The notes under the pieces are model-generated. The model was not told where the DNA came from. It did not search any database and saw only the letters and a list, made by a program, of their open reading frames with translations. Made by a program: the position numbers and the translations under genes. Shown one piece after another: positions 33,618-43,359 of a stretch of DNA of 64,000 bases (position 1 is its first letter; each line of letters opens with the position of its first letter). The stretch comes from an uncultured Eubacteriales bacterium (GTDB lineage: Bacteria > Acidobacteriota > Aminicenantia > Aminicenantales > Aminicenantaceae). The DNA is taken from assembly GCA_964477275.1 (NCBI GenBank), contig CAYZDV010000001.1, forward strand, positions 1,002-65,001, read 5' to 3'.

Positions 33618-34154
33618 ATGGCTGAACCAAAACCTTTCCGTCCGGTCAAGCTCATCTGCGGCATCATCTCCTCTGAAGAACAATGGTTTTCCCGGGCCGA
33701 GGAACACCTGGCACGCCTCTACGGCCCCGTGGACAGAAAAAGCCGCCTCTTTGCTTTCACCTTCACGGATTATTACGAAAATCAGATGGGGAAAAATTTG
33801 AAGAGAAGCTTTCTCAGCTTCGCTCCTCTCATTGCTCCGGAGAGGTTGAGTGAAATCAAGCTTCAGACAAATGAACTCGAAAAAAAGCTGCAGAAAGACT
33901 CGGGTTCCGCCCTGAGAGTGGTGAACCTTGATCCCGGTTATCTGACCTCATCGGCTCTGGTCATGGCCACGGCCAAGGATTTTGCCCACCGTATTCCTCT
34001 TCAGCACGGGATTTATGCCCATCTGGAACTGCTGTTCGGCAAAAATGAAGTGAGGATGTTGGGATGGACCTACCCCGATTACAGGACTGAGGGCGGCCAG
34101 AAATTCTTCCTCGAAGTCCGGAGACTCTATCTTTCCCAGATTATGGTTCGTTAA
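33618..34154 (+). CDS. Conserved hypothetical protein (DUF4416-like)
   Basis: VKLICGII and NLDPGYL motifs. No catalytic assignment. Start ambiguous (33597 or 33618). Confidence 0.3.
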   Translation: MAEPKPFRPVKLICGIISSEEQWFSRAEEHLARLYGPVDRKSRLFAFTFTDYYENQMGKNLKRSFLSFAPLIAPERLSEIKLQTNELEKKLQKDSGSALRVVNLDPGYLTSSALVMATAKDFAHRIPLQHGIYAHLELLFGKNEVRMLGWTYPDYRTEGGQKFFLEVRRLYLSQIMVR

Positions 34155-34161
34155 ACCGGGA

Positions 34162-35319
34162 TCAGTCCTCGTCCACTTCCAGCGCAGAGATTTCCCGCAG
34201 TCTCTCGACGATCTCGGGCAGCTCTTTGAGGACCGTCTGGATATCTTCCTCGGTGTTGAAGCGTCCCAGGGACATGCGGATGCAGGAGCGCGCGACTTCG
34301 GGTTTGAGGCCGATGGCACTGAGCACGTGGGAGACATCCTCTGCTCCTTCGCTGCAGGCCGATCCGGTGGAGACATAGATTTCTTTTGTGGCCAGTGCCA
34401 GAAGGATGGCCTCAGCCTCAAGCCCCAGGAAGGCAACGTTCAGAGTGCCCTGGATTCTGTTCCGGGGATGGCCGTTGAATTTCACCCTGGCAATTTTCTC
34501 CTCGATTCCTTTCCTGAGCTTCTCTGCGAGGGATTCGATCCGCTTCTTCTCTTTATCTCCTCTCTCTCTCATAACCCGGACTGCCTCCCCGAACCCGACG
34601 ATACCGATGGTGTTTTCCGTGCCTGCTCTCAGTTCCCGCTCCTGATGGCCTCCGTAGATGAGGGGGGAAATTTTCGTGCCCTTGCGGATATACAGTGCGC
34701 CGACTCCCTTGGGCCCGTAAATCTTGTGGCTGGAAACAGAGAGAAGGTCCACTCCGAGTGTCTTCACCTCGACTCCGGACTTGCCAAAGGACTGGACGGC
34801 GTCGGTATGGAGCAGGACGCCTTTTTCCCTGGCCAACTGGCTGATGGTCTCGATGGGCTGAATGGTTCCGATCTCATTGTTGGCATGCATGACGGAGATG
34901 ATGGCTGTTCGGGGAGTGATGGCATCCCGGATGAAGTCCACATCCACAGTTCCGTATTCGTCCACCGGCACATAGCTCACTTTTATCCCTTTTCGCTCCA
35001 GGTGATGCGCTGTTTCCAGCACGGCCGGGTGTTCGATGGAAGAGATGATGATCTCATTCTTATCCGGGAAAGCATCCAGGACGCCCCGCATGGCGAAATT
35101 GTCGGATTCGGTTCCTGAACCGGTGAACACAATTTCTGTCCGGCTGGCTCCCAGGGCCGCGGCGATGATGTGCCGGGCTTCGCTGATCATCTCTTTGACT
35201 TCCCTTCCGATGGGATAAAGGGAAGAGGGATTCCCGAAGTGCTGCCTGAGAAACTGGCACATTTTTTCCGCCACCGCAGGGTCCAAAGGGGTTGTGGCGT
35301 TGTTGTCAATGTAAATCAT
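34162..35319 (-). CDS. nifS: Cysteine desulfurase (NifS/IscS, class V aminotransferase fold)
   Basis: MIYIDNNATTP...SSHKIYGPKGVGALY (PLP-lysine) ...GSACSEG (catalytic Cys loop). Confidence 0.85.
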   Translation of the reverse strand: MIYIDNNATTPLDPAVAEKMCQFLRQHFGNPSSLYPIGREVKEMISEARHIIAAALGASRTEIVFTGSGTESDNFAMRGVLDAFPDKNEIIISSIEHPAVLETAHHLERKGIKVSYVPVDEYGTVDVDFIRDAITPRTAIISVMHANNEIGTIQPIETISQLAREKGVLLHTDAVQSFGKSGVEVKTLGVDLLSVSSHKIYGPKGVGALYIRKGTKISPLIYGGHQERELRAGTENTIGIVGFGEAVRVMRERGDKEKKRIESLAEKLRKGIEEKIARVKFNGHPRNRIQGTLNVAFLGLEAEAILLALATKEIYVSTGSACSEGAEDVSHVLSAIGLKPEVARSCIRMSLGRFNTEEDIQTVLKELPEIVERLREISALEVDED

Positions 35320-35338
35320 CAGCTCATCTCATTGCGGC

Positions 35339-36697
35339 CTATTCGTTGAGCGGATTCATGACCAGTCCCGACTTGAGTTTGGGAAAAAAGTCCGTGGATT
35401 TGTGGGGCATGAGCTCCCCCTTCTCAACCACCTCCCGGATATGGCGAAGGCCGACCGGTTTGAGGAGAAAGATCATCTGAAATTCATTCTGGATGACCAT
35501 GTCTATCCCTTCCTCAAGATTCCGGATGTAGCTCACGCTGTCTTCCTGCGAAAACGGTCCGGAAGAGAGTTCCTGCAGCCTGTCGATGATCAAGGAATGG
35601 AGGATGGCCACATCCAGGCTTTTCCATTCTCTGGATTTTTTTCCGGATATCTCTCTATCCAGAATCTCCTCGTACTTGAGCTGGAGGATGACGAATTTCC
35701 TCCATTGGGCAACAAAGGCCGCAAAGATGTGGGTTCCGTTGAGCACTCTCTGCTGGGCTTTTTCCAGAGCCGATTTACTGGATGTGTCCGTCCACTCAAA
35801 TTCAGAGATGATGAAGTTCGCACGGAAAAGATTCTTGAAGGCCTCCTCGGAGAGCCTGTCCAATCCTTTGACCACCCGGTAGGTGGGGAGGATGACAAGG
35901 CCCGGGTCGTCGAGCTGGAATAGGGTCATCATCACGTAGTTGAATGGTTCAGTACCTTTGATGCTCTTTAGCTTTCTGGCCATTTCCTTCTGGTAGTTGA
36001 GGGATGTCTCATAGCGGTGGTGGCCGTCGGCGATGATCAGCACTTTGTCGGCCATTGTCTCCTCAATGTCCCGGATGGATTCCTTATCCTTGACGGCCCA
36101 CAGCCGATGGCGGCAGCCGTCCTCATCCTGGACGTCAGCCACCATCTCAGTCATGGCCAGAGCTTTTTTGATCGCCTGAGAAACCATATGGTCATCATCC
36201 TTGTAGAGCAGGAAGATCTGTTCGGTGTTGGTATTGGTAGCCCGGAGAAGGTTCAGGCGGTCGGCCTTGGGCCTGGAGAATGTTTTCTCATGGGGAAGAA
36301 CCTTTTTCGAGGCGAAACCCTCTAATTTGACTCTGGCGATAAGGCCTGTCCTCTTTTTCTGCTCATTCCTCACCCTGAATTCCTGTTCATAGAGATAGAG
36401 GGCTTCTCTGTCTTCCCGCACCAGAATCCCTTCCTTCTCCCATTGGTCAAGATAGGTCCGGGCTCTCTTGTATTTGTTCTTTTCCGGATGTTGAGAATCA
36501 TGGTCTTTGCCCAGGATGATCCGGACCACGTTGTAAGGATTTCTGCGGTAATACTCCTCCTGAAGGGCAGGAGCTATGCGGTCGTAGGGTTCGGTGATGA
36601 CCTCCTCGAGTTTGATTTTCCGGCTGTTGTAGCGCAGTCCTCTGAACGGCTGGATTTCTGCCATTTTTTCTCCGTAAAATCCCGGGCTAAAAAGCAA
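35339..36697 (-). CDS. DUF1015 domain-containing protein
   Basis: N-terminus MAEIQPFRGLRYN...EPYDRIAP is the characteristic DUF1015 start. About 450 aa. Confidence 0.75.
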   Translation of the reverse strand: MLFSPGFYGEKMAEIQPFRGLRYNSRKIKLEEVITEPYDRIAPALQEEYYRRNPYNVVRIILGKDHDSQHPEKNKYKRARTYLDQWEKEGILVREDREALYLYEQEFRVRNEQKKRTGLIARVKLEGFASKKVLPHEKTFSRPKADRLNLLRATNTNTEQIFLLYKDDDHMVSQAIKKALAMTEMVADVQDEDGCRHRLWAVKDKESIRDIEETMADKVLIIADGHHRYETSLNYQKEMARKLKSIKGTEPFNYVMMTLFQLDDPGLVILPTYRVVKGLDRLSEEAFKNLFRANFIISEFEWTDTSSKSALEKAQQRVLNGTHIFAAFVAQWRKFVILQLKYEEILDREISGKKSREWKSLDVAILHSLIIDRLQELSSGPFSQEDSVSYIRNLEEGIDMVIQNEFQMIFLLKPVGLRHIREVVEKGELMPHKSTDFFPKLKSGLVMNPLNE

Positions 36698-36700
36698 ATC

Positions 36701-37606
36701 TCATCCGAGTTTCTCTTTCAAAATCGAGACCACCTCAAGGCCGGCTCTTTTCTGCCCTTCCCTGGCGGCAGCTCCGATGTGGGGTGTGGCCATCGCACAG
36801 GGATGGTCGATCAGGGAGAAGTCTTCTGGCGGCTCTTTTTCAAAGACATCCAGAGCAGCGGCCCTGACTTTTCCGGATTCCAGAGCTCTGAGCAGGGCCT
36901 TCTCGTCCACGATTCCTCCTCTGGAGGCGTTGATGAGAACCACTCCTTCTTTCATCTTTTCGAATTCCCTGTCGCTCATCATGTGCCTGGTCTTGTCTGT
37001 GAGGGGCAGATGGAGGGTGATGATATCCGACTGAGAGAGGAGTTCGTCCAGAGAGACCTGGCGGGCATCGAGCTCTGTCTGCCACTGGATGATGTCGGTG
37101 AAAATGACGCTCATGCCGAAGGCGATGGCCCGTTTGGCAACCTCCTGGCCGATCCGGCCGAAACCGATGATGCCCAGGGTCTTGCCGAAGACCTCTGTTC
37201 CGGAGAGAGCCTTTTTTTCCCACTTGTGCTCTTTCATGGAAAGGTTGGCTTTGCCGTGGTTCCGGACTGCGGCCAGCATCAGCCCGAAAGCGTGTTCGGC
37301 CACCGAGATAGAGGTGGCGGCGGGCGTGTTGGCCACGGCGACGCCCTTTTCCCTTGTAGCCTGGACATCGATGTTGTCCAGCCCGATTCCTGCACGGACA
37401 ATCAGTTCCAGGCTTCCGGCGGCCTCGATGACTCTTCGGGTAACCTTGGTCGCACTCCTGACCACAACCGCATGGAATTCAGGGATGGTCTTGACCAGTT
37501 CGTCTTCGCTCATGCCTGTTTTCAGGGTTACCTCAAAACCAGGAATGGCCTGGAGCTTTTCCATTGCTTCCTGGTCCAGTGCATCGGCAACGAGTATTTT
37601 TTTCAT
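36701..37606 (-). CDS. serA: D-3-phosphoglycerate dehydrogenase / D-isomer-specific 2-hydroxyacid dehydrogenase (short form without ACT domain)
   Basis: GIIGFGRIGQEVA NAD motif and ...RGG...PHIG catalytic region. AAGGAG RBS before the ATG at 37606. Overlaps the upstream gene by 4 nt. Confidence 0.75.
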   Translation of the reverse strand: MKKILVADALDQEAMEKLQAIPGFEVTLKTGMSEDELVKTIPEFHAVVVRSATKVTRRVIEAAGSLELIVRAGIGLDNIDVQATREKGVAVANTPAATSISVAEHAFGLMLAAVRNHGKANLSMKEHKWEKKALSGTEVFGKTLGIIGFGRIGQEVAKRAIAFGMSVIFTDIIQWQTELDARQVSLDELLSQSDIITLHLPLTDKTRHMMSDREFEKMKEGVVLINASRGGIVDEKALLRALESGKVRAAALDVFEKEPPEDFSLIDHPCAMATPHIGAAAREGQKRAGLEVVSILKEKLG

Positions 37607-38748
37607 TCCCAATTCTCCTTCAAAACGGCCTCGGCGGCCGCAATCGAACTGCCTCCTCGAAAATCAAACCCCAGCTCGGAGAGGGTCATTTCCAGGGCAG
37701 CGAGGGCGGTGATGATGTCAAAGCCTCCCATGTATCCTAAATGGGCGATACGGAAGATTTTTCCTTTGTAGGGTTCCTGACCGCCGGCAATGTAGGCCAT
37801 GTATTTTCCCTGCATGGTTTTGACCAGCTTCACGCCGTCGACTCCGGCCGGAACCTTGATCGCGGTGAGAATGTTGCCGGGGTTTTTGGAAAGGAGCTCA
37901 AGGCCGAGGGCCTCGGCGCCAGCTCTGGTTGCATCACCCAGGATGCGATGGTGTTCAAAGAGCTTTTCCAGACCGAAAGACTGGATGATGTCCAGGGACT
38001 TTTTCTGCTGGATGATGAGGGAGACTGCTGGAGTCCAGGGGGTGGTCTGCTTTTCCAGGTTTTTCTTGCAGGCTCTGGCGTCAAAATAGAATTTGGGCAG
38101 CGTCGATTTCTCCACGAACTTCCAGGCTTTTGGACTGAAGGCAATGTAGGCCAGGCCGGGGGGAATCATGAAGGATTTCTGCGAGCCAGCCACCATGACA
38201 TCCACTTTCCACTCATCCATGGGACATGGAGTGGCACCCAGCCCGGAGATGCCATCGACGACAAGGATAGCCTCGGAACGGGCCACCACTTCTCCATAAC
38301 CCTGGATGTCATAGACAGTTCCCGAAGATGTTTCAGAGAGGGTGGCGAAAACGGCCTTTGTTCCGGGATTGGCTTTCAGCTCTTCGACAAGTTGCTCTTT
38401 GGTGAAGGGCTCACCCCATTCCAGTTCGAATTCCCGGACCTGGACACCGTAGGCCCGGCAGATTTTCCCCCATCTTTCGCCGAATTTCCCTCCGTTGATG
38501 GTGATCGCCTTGTCTCCAGGGCTGAGGGTGTTGACCGCTGCCGCCTCCATCGCTCCTGTGCCAGAGGAAGTCAGGATGAAGACGTCCTGCTCGGTCTGGA
38601 AGATGTATTTCAGTCCTTCTGAGACTTCCATGAATATCTTCGAGAATTCCGGGGTCCGATGGTGAATGATGGGCTCCGCAGCCGCGGAGAGAACGGTTTC
38701 TGGGACTGGAGTGGGCCCCGGGGAGAGAAGATAGTATTTTTTAATCAT
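37603..38748 (-). CDS. Class V aminotransferase (serine-pyruvate/alanine-glyoxylate type; likely phosphoserine aminotransferase role)
   Basis: MIKKYYLLSPGPTPVPE...VAGSQKSFMIPPGLA (PLP Lys in SQK) typical of AGXT/SerC-like class V enzymes. Coupled to the PGDH gene. Confidence 0.75.
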   Translation of the reverse strand: MIKKYYLLSPGPTPVPETVLSAAAEPIIHHRTPEFSKIFMEVSEGLKYIFQTEQDVFILTSSGTGAMEAAAVNTLSPGDKAITINGGKFGERWGKICRAYGVQVREFELEWGEPFTKEQLVEELKANPGTKAVFATLSETSSGTVYDIQGYGEVVARSEAILVVDGISGLGATPCPMDEWKVDVMVAGSQKSFMIPPGLAYIAFSPKAWKFVEKSTLPKFYFDARACKKNLEKQTTPWTPAVSLIIQQKKSLDIIQSFGLEKLFEHHRILGDATRAGAEALGLELLSKNPGNILTAIKVPAGVDGVKLVKTMQGKYMAYIAGGQEPYKGKIFRIAHLGYMGGFDIITALAALEMTLSELGFDFRGGSSIAAAEAVLKENWE

Positions 38749-38879
38749 AATGAGTCCTCCTGTTGAGTTTGATGGATGATGGAGTGTTTATGTCCATATG
38801 ATCTTAGCCACTACTAATGAACGAAGGGAATTGATACAAATCGAAAGTTTAAGTTATCAGAAATCCGAACATCAGTCAA

Positions 38880-40010
38880 TCAGAGCTGAATCAATATTTC
38901 CGTCAGCAAAGCTGTCCGTTCGATCAACGATGGGAGAAGCAGGTGTTCATTCTCGGCATGGATCCCATCTCCGTCCGGACCCAGGCCGTCCAGAGTGGGA
39001 ACGCCCAGGCTGGAGGCGATGGAGGCGTCTGACCCCCCTCCGGTTTTTCCGGTTCCGAGTTTCATGTTCAGAAAGGCGGCGATTTTTTTTACCTCAGAGA
39101 AAAGGGCCAGAGAAGCTTCTGTCTTCTCCATGGGGGGAGTCAGGCTTTCCACCGAAACATGAATTCTGGCTCCCCGCTTGACCGGCTTGAGCGCCTTGAT
39201 GGACTGGAGGAGCGCGTCCTTCTGGCTGTTCTGCCAGAAGCGGATATCCAGAATGGCCCAGGCTTCGGCGGCTACGATATTTGGCTTTTCGCCGCCCTGG
39301 ATCAGGCCGATGTTGATGGATGTCTCCTTTCTTGCCAGCTTGTTGACCAGGCGGAGCTGATGGATGAGCTCATCGATGGCATTTGTTCCTTTCTCCGGAT
39401 GCCCTGCGTGAGCCGCTTTACCCCTGGCCATTAACCGGACGACAAGACGGCCTTTCCTCTGGGTTTTCAGGGCCCCACCAGGGAGCGAGGGCTCGAGGCA
39501 AAGGACAGAGTCTGACTTTCTGGTCAGGCTTTTGATGACCTCGTAGGAGGCTTCACTCCCGATCTCTTCGGCAGAGTTGATGAAAACAGCAATCTTTTTT
39601 TTGGGCTGGATGTTCAGCTCGAAGAGGGCTTTCAGGGAGAAAAGAAGCATAACCAGGCTGGCTTTCATGTCCAGCACGCCAGGACCAAAAACCTTGTCAC
39701 CGGAGACGTAAAAAGGCATTGTCTGGATTTTCCCCACGGGCCAGACCGTGTCGGCATGGGTGAGGATGAGCAACTGCTCCTTTTTATCCCTGATAGCTGA
39801 AGCGGGATATTCGGCAAGATAAAGGTGCCCGATCTCCTTTTGCGGAAGCCGGGTGATCCTGGCCCCGATTTTCTTCAGCTCTTCGACGACGAAGGCCGAG
39901 CAGTTATCCACGGCATTTTTATCATGGGAAGGGGATTCTCGACTGACGATTTCCTTGAGAAGATTGATCATCCTGCCTTTGCGCCCTTTGTAATATGAAT
40001 GGAAATCCAT
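38880..40010 (-). CDS. M20 family metallopeptidase (ArgE/DapE/CPG2-like)
   Basis: HADTVWP, GPGVLDMKAS and NSAEEIGS are M20 motifs. Confidence 0.7.
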   Translation of the reverse strand: MDFHSYYKGRKGRMINLLKEIVSRESPSHDKNAVDNCSAFVVEELKKIGARITRLPQKEIGHLYLAEYPASAIRDKKEQLLILTHADTVWPVGKIQTMPFYVSGDKVFGPGVLDMKASLVMLLFSLKALFELNIQPKKKIAVFINSAEEIGSEASYEVIKSLTRKSDSVLCLEPSLPGGALKTQRKGRLVVRLMARGKAAHAGHPEKGTNAIDELIHQLRLVNKLARKETSINIGLIQGGEKPNIVAAEAWAILDIRFWQNSQKDALLQSIKALKPVKRGARIHVSVESLTPPMEKTEASLALFSEVKKIAAFLNMKLGTGKTGGGSDASIASSLGVPTLDGLGPDGDGIHAENEHLLLPSLIERTALLTEILIQL

Positions 40011-40055
40011 CTTTCTTCCCGGTGGCTGGTGTTTATAACTTTATCACATCAGTTA

Positions 40056-40076
40056 TGGAAATTCACCATATTTCCA
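40056..40076. promoter_or_regulatory. Palindrome TGGAAAT-N7-ATTTCCA upstream of the 40156 gene; TTGACA-N17-TAATTT promoter-like pair follows at about 40110-40145
   Basis: Perfect 7-bp inverted arms read directly from the sequence. Confidence 0.35.
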
Positions 40077-40155
40077 AAAAATCCCGTCGGGGTCAGCTCG
40101 CAAGGGGTGAAATTCCGGGTTGACAAGGCATGAGGTTTTGGCTAATTTTTAGGCA

Positions 40156-41505
40156 GTGAGCCGCTGGGTCCTCCTGGGCGAAGTTGCATTCATCATTTCA
40201 TTCCTCTTTTTCCTGATATTTTCCGTCTACAATCTCATCGAAAAAGAGAGGAAAGCCTTCTGGAGGAGCGGGCTGTTTGTCTTTTTTTTCCCCCTCCTCA
40301 ACCTTGTGTTCTTCATCGTCACTCCATCATTGCGGATATCCCTTTTCAGGAGTTTTTTTTACATCTTCGCTCTGGCCGTGTTGCTGGTTATGGCTCTTCC
40401 TATGAAAAAAAGAGCAACGGAAATCCTCGGCGAGCAGAAGAGAGTGGATGAACGGGACGTCGTTTTCGCCCGTCTCGAATACCAGAAAGGCACCAGCCGT
40501 TTTGAAGAATATTACGCGCGCAAACCCAATTTCAGGGAAATCGACGATGACATCCGCCGCTTCCCTGACCTCTTTTCACCCCTTCATGTCCAAAAAGATC
40601 CGTTCCTCTTCTCCCTCGCCCAGGCTGAATTCAATTTTCTCAAGCAGCAGCTCCGCCTGGTGAGCGGCGAGCATCTCCCGCCCAAAGGCCATTTTTCTCC
40701 CCTGATCAACACCCGGATAATCCGAAACACGCTCCAATACCTGGGAGTCAAGGTCTGGGGAGTCTGTGAAGTTGACCAGGCTTATGTCTATTCCCACGTG
40801 GGAAGAGGACCGGAACCCTATGGTCAGGAGGTTCGCTTCGACCACAAGTTCGGAATCGTGTTTGCGCTGGAGATGGAGCTGGACATGGTGGCTGCTGCGC
40901 CAAGGGCCCCGGTCATCGTGGAGACGGGAAAGAAATATGTGGAGGCAGCCAAGATCTCCATCATCCTTGCCGATTTTATCCGGCTCATGGGATATCCGGC
41001 CCGTGCCCACATCGCAGGAAGCAACTACCAGGCAATTCTTCCTCCGCTCGGCTGGCTGGCCGGGTTGGGAGAGCTGGGAAGGCTGGGCTTCCTCATCACC
41101 GAAGAGTTTGGTCCCCGGGCAAGGCTGGGGCTGGTCACCACCTCCCTTCCGCTCATTCCCGATAAACCCAGAAAACTGGGAATCCAGAATTTCTGCCGGA
41201 AATGCAAGAAGTGTGCCTTGAACTGTCCCGCTGAAGCCATCCCCAGCGGAAAGCAGACCGTGGAAAACGGGGTGATGAAATGGGTTCTCAAGCGGGAGGA
41301 ATGCTACCGATGGTGGAGGGTGACCGGGACCGACTGCGCAATCTGCATGTATGTCTGTCCCTTCAGCAAGCCCGACAATGCGTTCCATAATTCCGTCAGA
41401 AAACTCGTCCGCTATTCCTTTCCTGCCCAATATGCATCGCTGTGGGGAGACGAATTCTTCTACGGTCGGTACTTGCGGCGAATGAAGCCCCTGCTCAAGA
41501 AGTAG
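40156..41505 (+). CDS. Membrane-anchored 4Fe-4S protein of the reductive dehalogenase / epoxyqueuosine reductase (QueG) superfamily
   Basis: N-terminal TM helices. LAGLGELGRLGFLITEEFGPRARLG core. Two ferredoxin-type motifs CRKCKKCALNCP and CAICMYVCP. Confidence 0.55.
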   Translation: MSRWVLLGEVAFIISFLFFLIFSVYNLIEKERKAFWRSGLFVFFFPLLNLVFFIVTPSLRISLFRSFFYIFALAVLLVMALPMKKRATEILGEQKRVDERDVVFARLEYQKGTSRFEEYYARKPNFREIDDDIRRFPDLFSPLHVQKDPFLFSLAQAEFNFLKQQLRLVSGEHLPPKGHFSPLINTRIIRNTLQYLGVKVWGVCEVDQAYVYSHVGRGPEPYGQEVRFDHKFGIVFALEMELDMVAAAPRAPVIVETGKKYVEAAKISIILADFIRLMGYPARAHIAGSNYQAILPPLGWLAGLGELGRLGFLITEEFGPRARLGLVTTSLPLIPDKPRKLGIQNFCRKCKKCALNCPAEAIPSGKQTVENGVMKWVLKREECYRWWRVTGTDCAICMYVCPFSKPDNAFHNSVRKLVRYSFPAQYASLWGDEFFYGRYLRRMKPLLKK

Positions 41506-41527
41506 AGTCAGAAGGCACTCTTCCTTT

Positions 41528-43162
41528 CTATTTTACCGGCGTGTTGTATTTCTTCTTCCCCCAGGGCGACCAGAGGCCATAACTCTCTTCGTGGATGCGG
41601 CAGGGGCCTTCGGATGTCCAGTGGAATCCGTAATTGTAGCCGAACCAGAGATACCTGTCTCCCCCTCCATTTTCCGTAGTGATGATGTAGCGGGCATCCA
41701 CATTCCCGATGCCCAGAACTTTCTCTCCCGGCAGAGTCCCTTCTCCCCTGTCCCCTTTGTTGGCGTCAAAAGGAATCCAGCCGTAGGGAGGGAGATAGAC
41801 CTCGGTCCAGCGGTGGAAGACATCATCGAAGCTGGCGTCGTCGCCGCGTCGGCTCACTGCGCCCACATAACGGATGGGAACACCGAGAGCACGGCAGAGA
41901 GCGATCATCGAGTAAGAATACTCCGAGCAGGATGCCGTGCCTCTCCTGAGAACAGTCGGAGCCGGGTTCCAGCCGCCGAGAGGCTTCAGGTTATAGCTGA
42001 GATGCTCTCCCAGGAATTCGAAGATGCGGCGGGCAATCCAGTACGGATTTTTTTCGTTCCCGGCGATTTTGCGGGCGAGTTCCTGGATGAAGGTATCCTG
42101 GATACAGTATTTGTCTCCGTCCTCTGTGTATTTTTTCCGGATGTCCTCAGGAATGTCCTCCAGGCTTCCCACATTGTCGGGGTAAATGAAGTATTCGACG
42201 GCATAAATCCTGGCCTTGACTGTCCATCCCGGTTTGACCACGGCATATGGCTTGAGGTCCTTGAAATGAAAATGGGCGATCTTCTGTCCCCACCTGTCCA
42301 TGATCATCTCCTGGGGCTCCTGGTTAAACTGGATGGGCTCGACCAGGGCCTGGTTGTCGCGGGCTTCCGGGACGGGAAGATAGATGTCGAGAGTCTTGAC
42401 TGTGCCGGGTCCGTAGTTTCTGAATTCTTTGATGAAACGGAGGGACATCTGGCGTTCATCCCACTTGGATAGAATGTCGCTGCAGAAGACTTTGATCTTG
42501 TAGATCTCATTGTTTTCGTAGTCCACGTTCCAGAGAGCGTCGCCTGCCCAGGCCAGACCGTAGGGGAACGGTCCGTAAGAGCGGAAGGAGGAGAGACAGA
42601 GCCCGTCGGACGGGTTGACCAGGTAAATCCGGTCTTCCGCCCGGTCAGTGACCCAAAGGTACTTTCCGTCGAATGCCAGGCCTGCCGGTTCGCGTGCAGG
42701 AGCGGGATAGTTTTCCTCCATCATTCCGTCCACCGGAGAGACTTTGATCAGGATATCGCTCCTGTGGTCGATAATCCAGATGCTGGTCCCATCCCAGGCC
42801 AGGTCTCTGGGGTGAGAGCTGTTGGATTCCAGGATTAAAACAGCTGTTCCTGTTTCCGGGTTCAGGCGGTACAGGGATTTTTCTCCGGAGTCGATATGCC
42901 AGAGGTGGCTTCCGTCCCAGGCCAGGCCTTCAGGATGATGACCAGGCGAGTCGAAGATTTTGAGCACCTTTCCGCTCTCCGGGTCAATCTTGTAAATCTT
43001 ATTTGTGTAATGATCGGCAACCCAGAGGTTCTGTCCGTCAAAAGTGAGGCCGGTGGGGCATGGGCCGGGCGTTTTGATGACTTTGAGGATGTCGCCAACT
43101 TTTGTCCAGGCAAAAGGGGAAAGAAAAAGGATGAGCAAAACGATTGCTCCTGTTTTTCTCAT
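41528..43162 (-). CDS. Secreted fusion protein: glutamine cyclotransferase-like beta-propeller + transglutaminase-like cysteine protease domain
   Basis: Signal peptide. N-terminus GLTFDGQNLWVAD...GLAWDGSHLW repeats (Glu_cyclase_2-like). C-terminus GTASCSEYSYSMIALCRALGVPIRYVGA (transglutaminase-core Cys). GAGGAGG RBS 7 nt before the ATG at 43162. Confidence 0.65.
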   Translation of the reverse strand: MRKTGAIVLLILFLSPFAWTKVGDILKVIKTPGPCPTGLTFDGQNLWVADHYTNKIYKIDPESGKVLKIFDSPGHHPEGLAWDGSHLWHIDSGEKSLYRLNPETGTAVLILESNSSHPRDLAWDGTSIWIIDHRSDILIKVSPVDGMMEENYPAPAREPAGLAFDGKYLWVTDRAEDRIYLVNPSDGLCLSSFRSYGPFPYGLAWAGDALWNVDYENNEIYKIKVFCSDILSKWDERQMSLRFIKEFRNYGPGTVKTLDIYLPVPEARDNQALVEPIQFNQEPQEMIMDRWGQKIAHFHFKDLKPYAVVKPGWTVKARIYAVEYFIYPDNVGSLEDIPEDIRKKYTEDGDKYCIQDTFIQELARKIAGNEKNPYWIARRIFEFLGEHLSYNLKPLGGWNPAPTVLRRGTASCSEYSYSMIALCRALGVPIRYVGAVSRRGDDASFDDVFHRWTEVYLPPYGWIPFDANKGDRGEGTLPGEKVLGIGNVDARYIITTENGGGDRYLWFGYNYGFHWTSEGPCRIHEESYGLWSPWGKKKYNTPVK

Positions 43163-43269
43163 CGGAACCTCCTCTCCATTCTTTTGATTATCCACATTAT
43201 AAAAAAAAGAGAGCGGACAGGCTACTTTTTTCTTGGGTTTGACACGTTGCCGGAAAATAAGATATGGTG

Positions 43270-43320
43270 GTTTTCTTCCATTCCCATGTAATTGACCCCA
43301 CTATCTGGAAGAGAATCGAT
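43270..43320 (+). repeat. Leader element family A, partial copy 3
   Basis: Shares TCTTCCATT and CCCCACTATMTGGAARRGAATC with copy 2. It lies 30 bp downstream of TTGACA, and 40 bp upstream of the 43360 gene. Confidence 0.4.
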
Positions 43321-43359
43321 ATGGTTAACTGAAATCTCAAATTTTGAAAGGAGCCTCGC

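Noticed and set aside
36443-37771. 442-aa plus-strand ORF
   Set aside because: Antisense to DUF1015, PGDH and the aminotransferase. No motifs.
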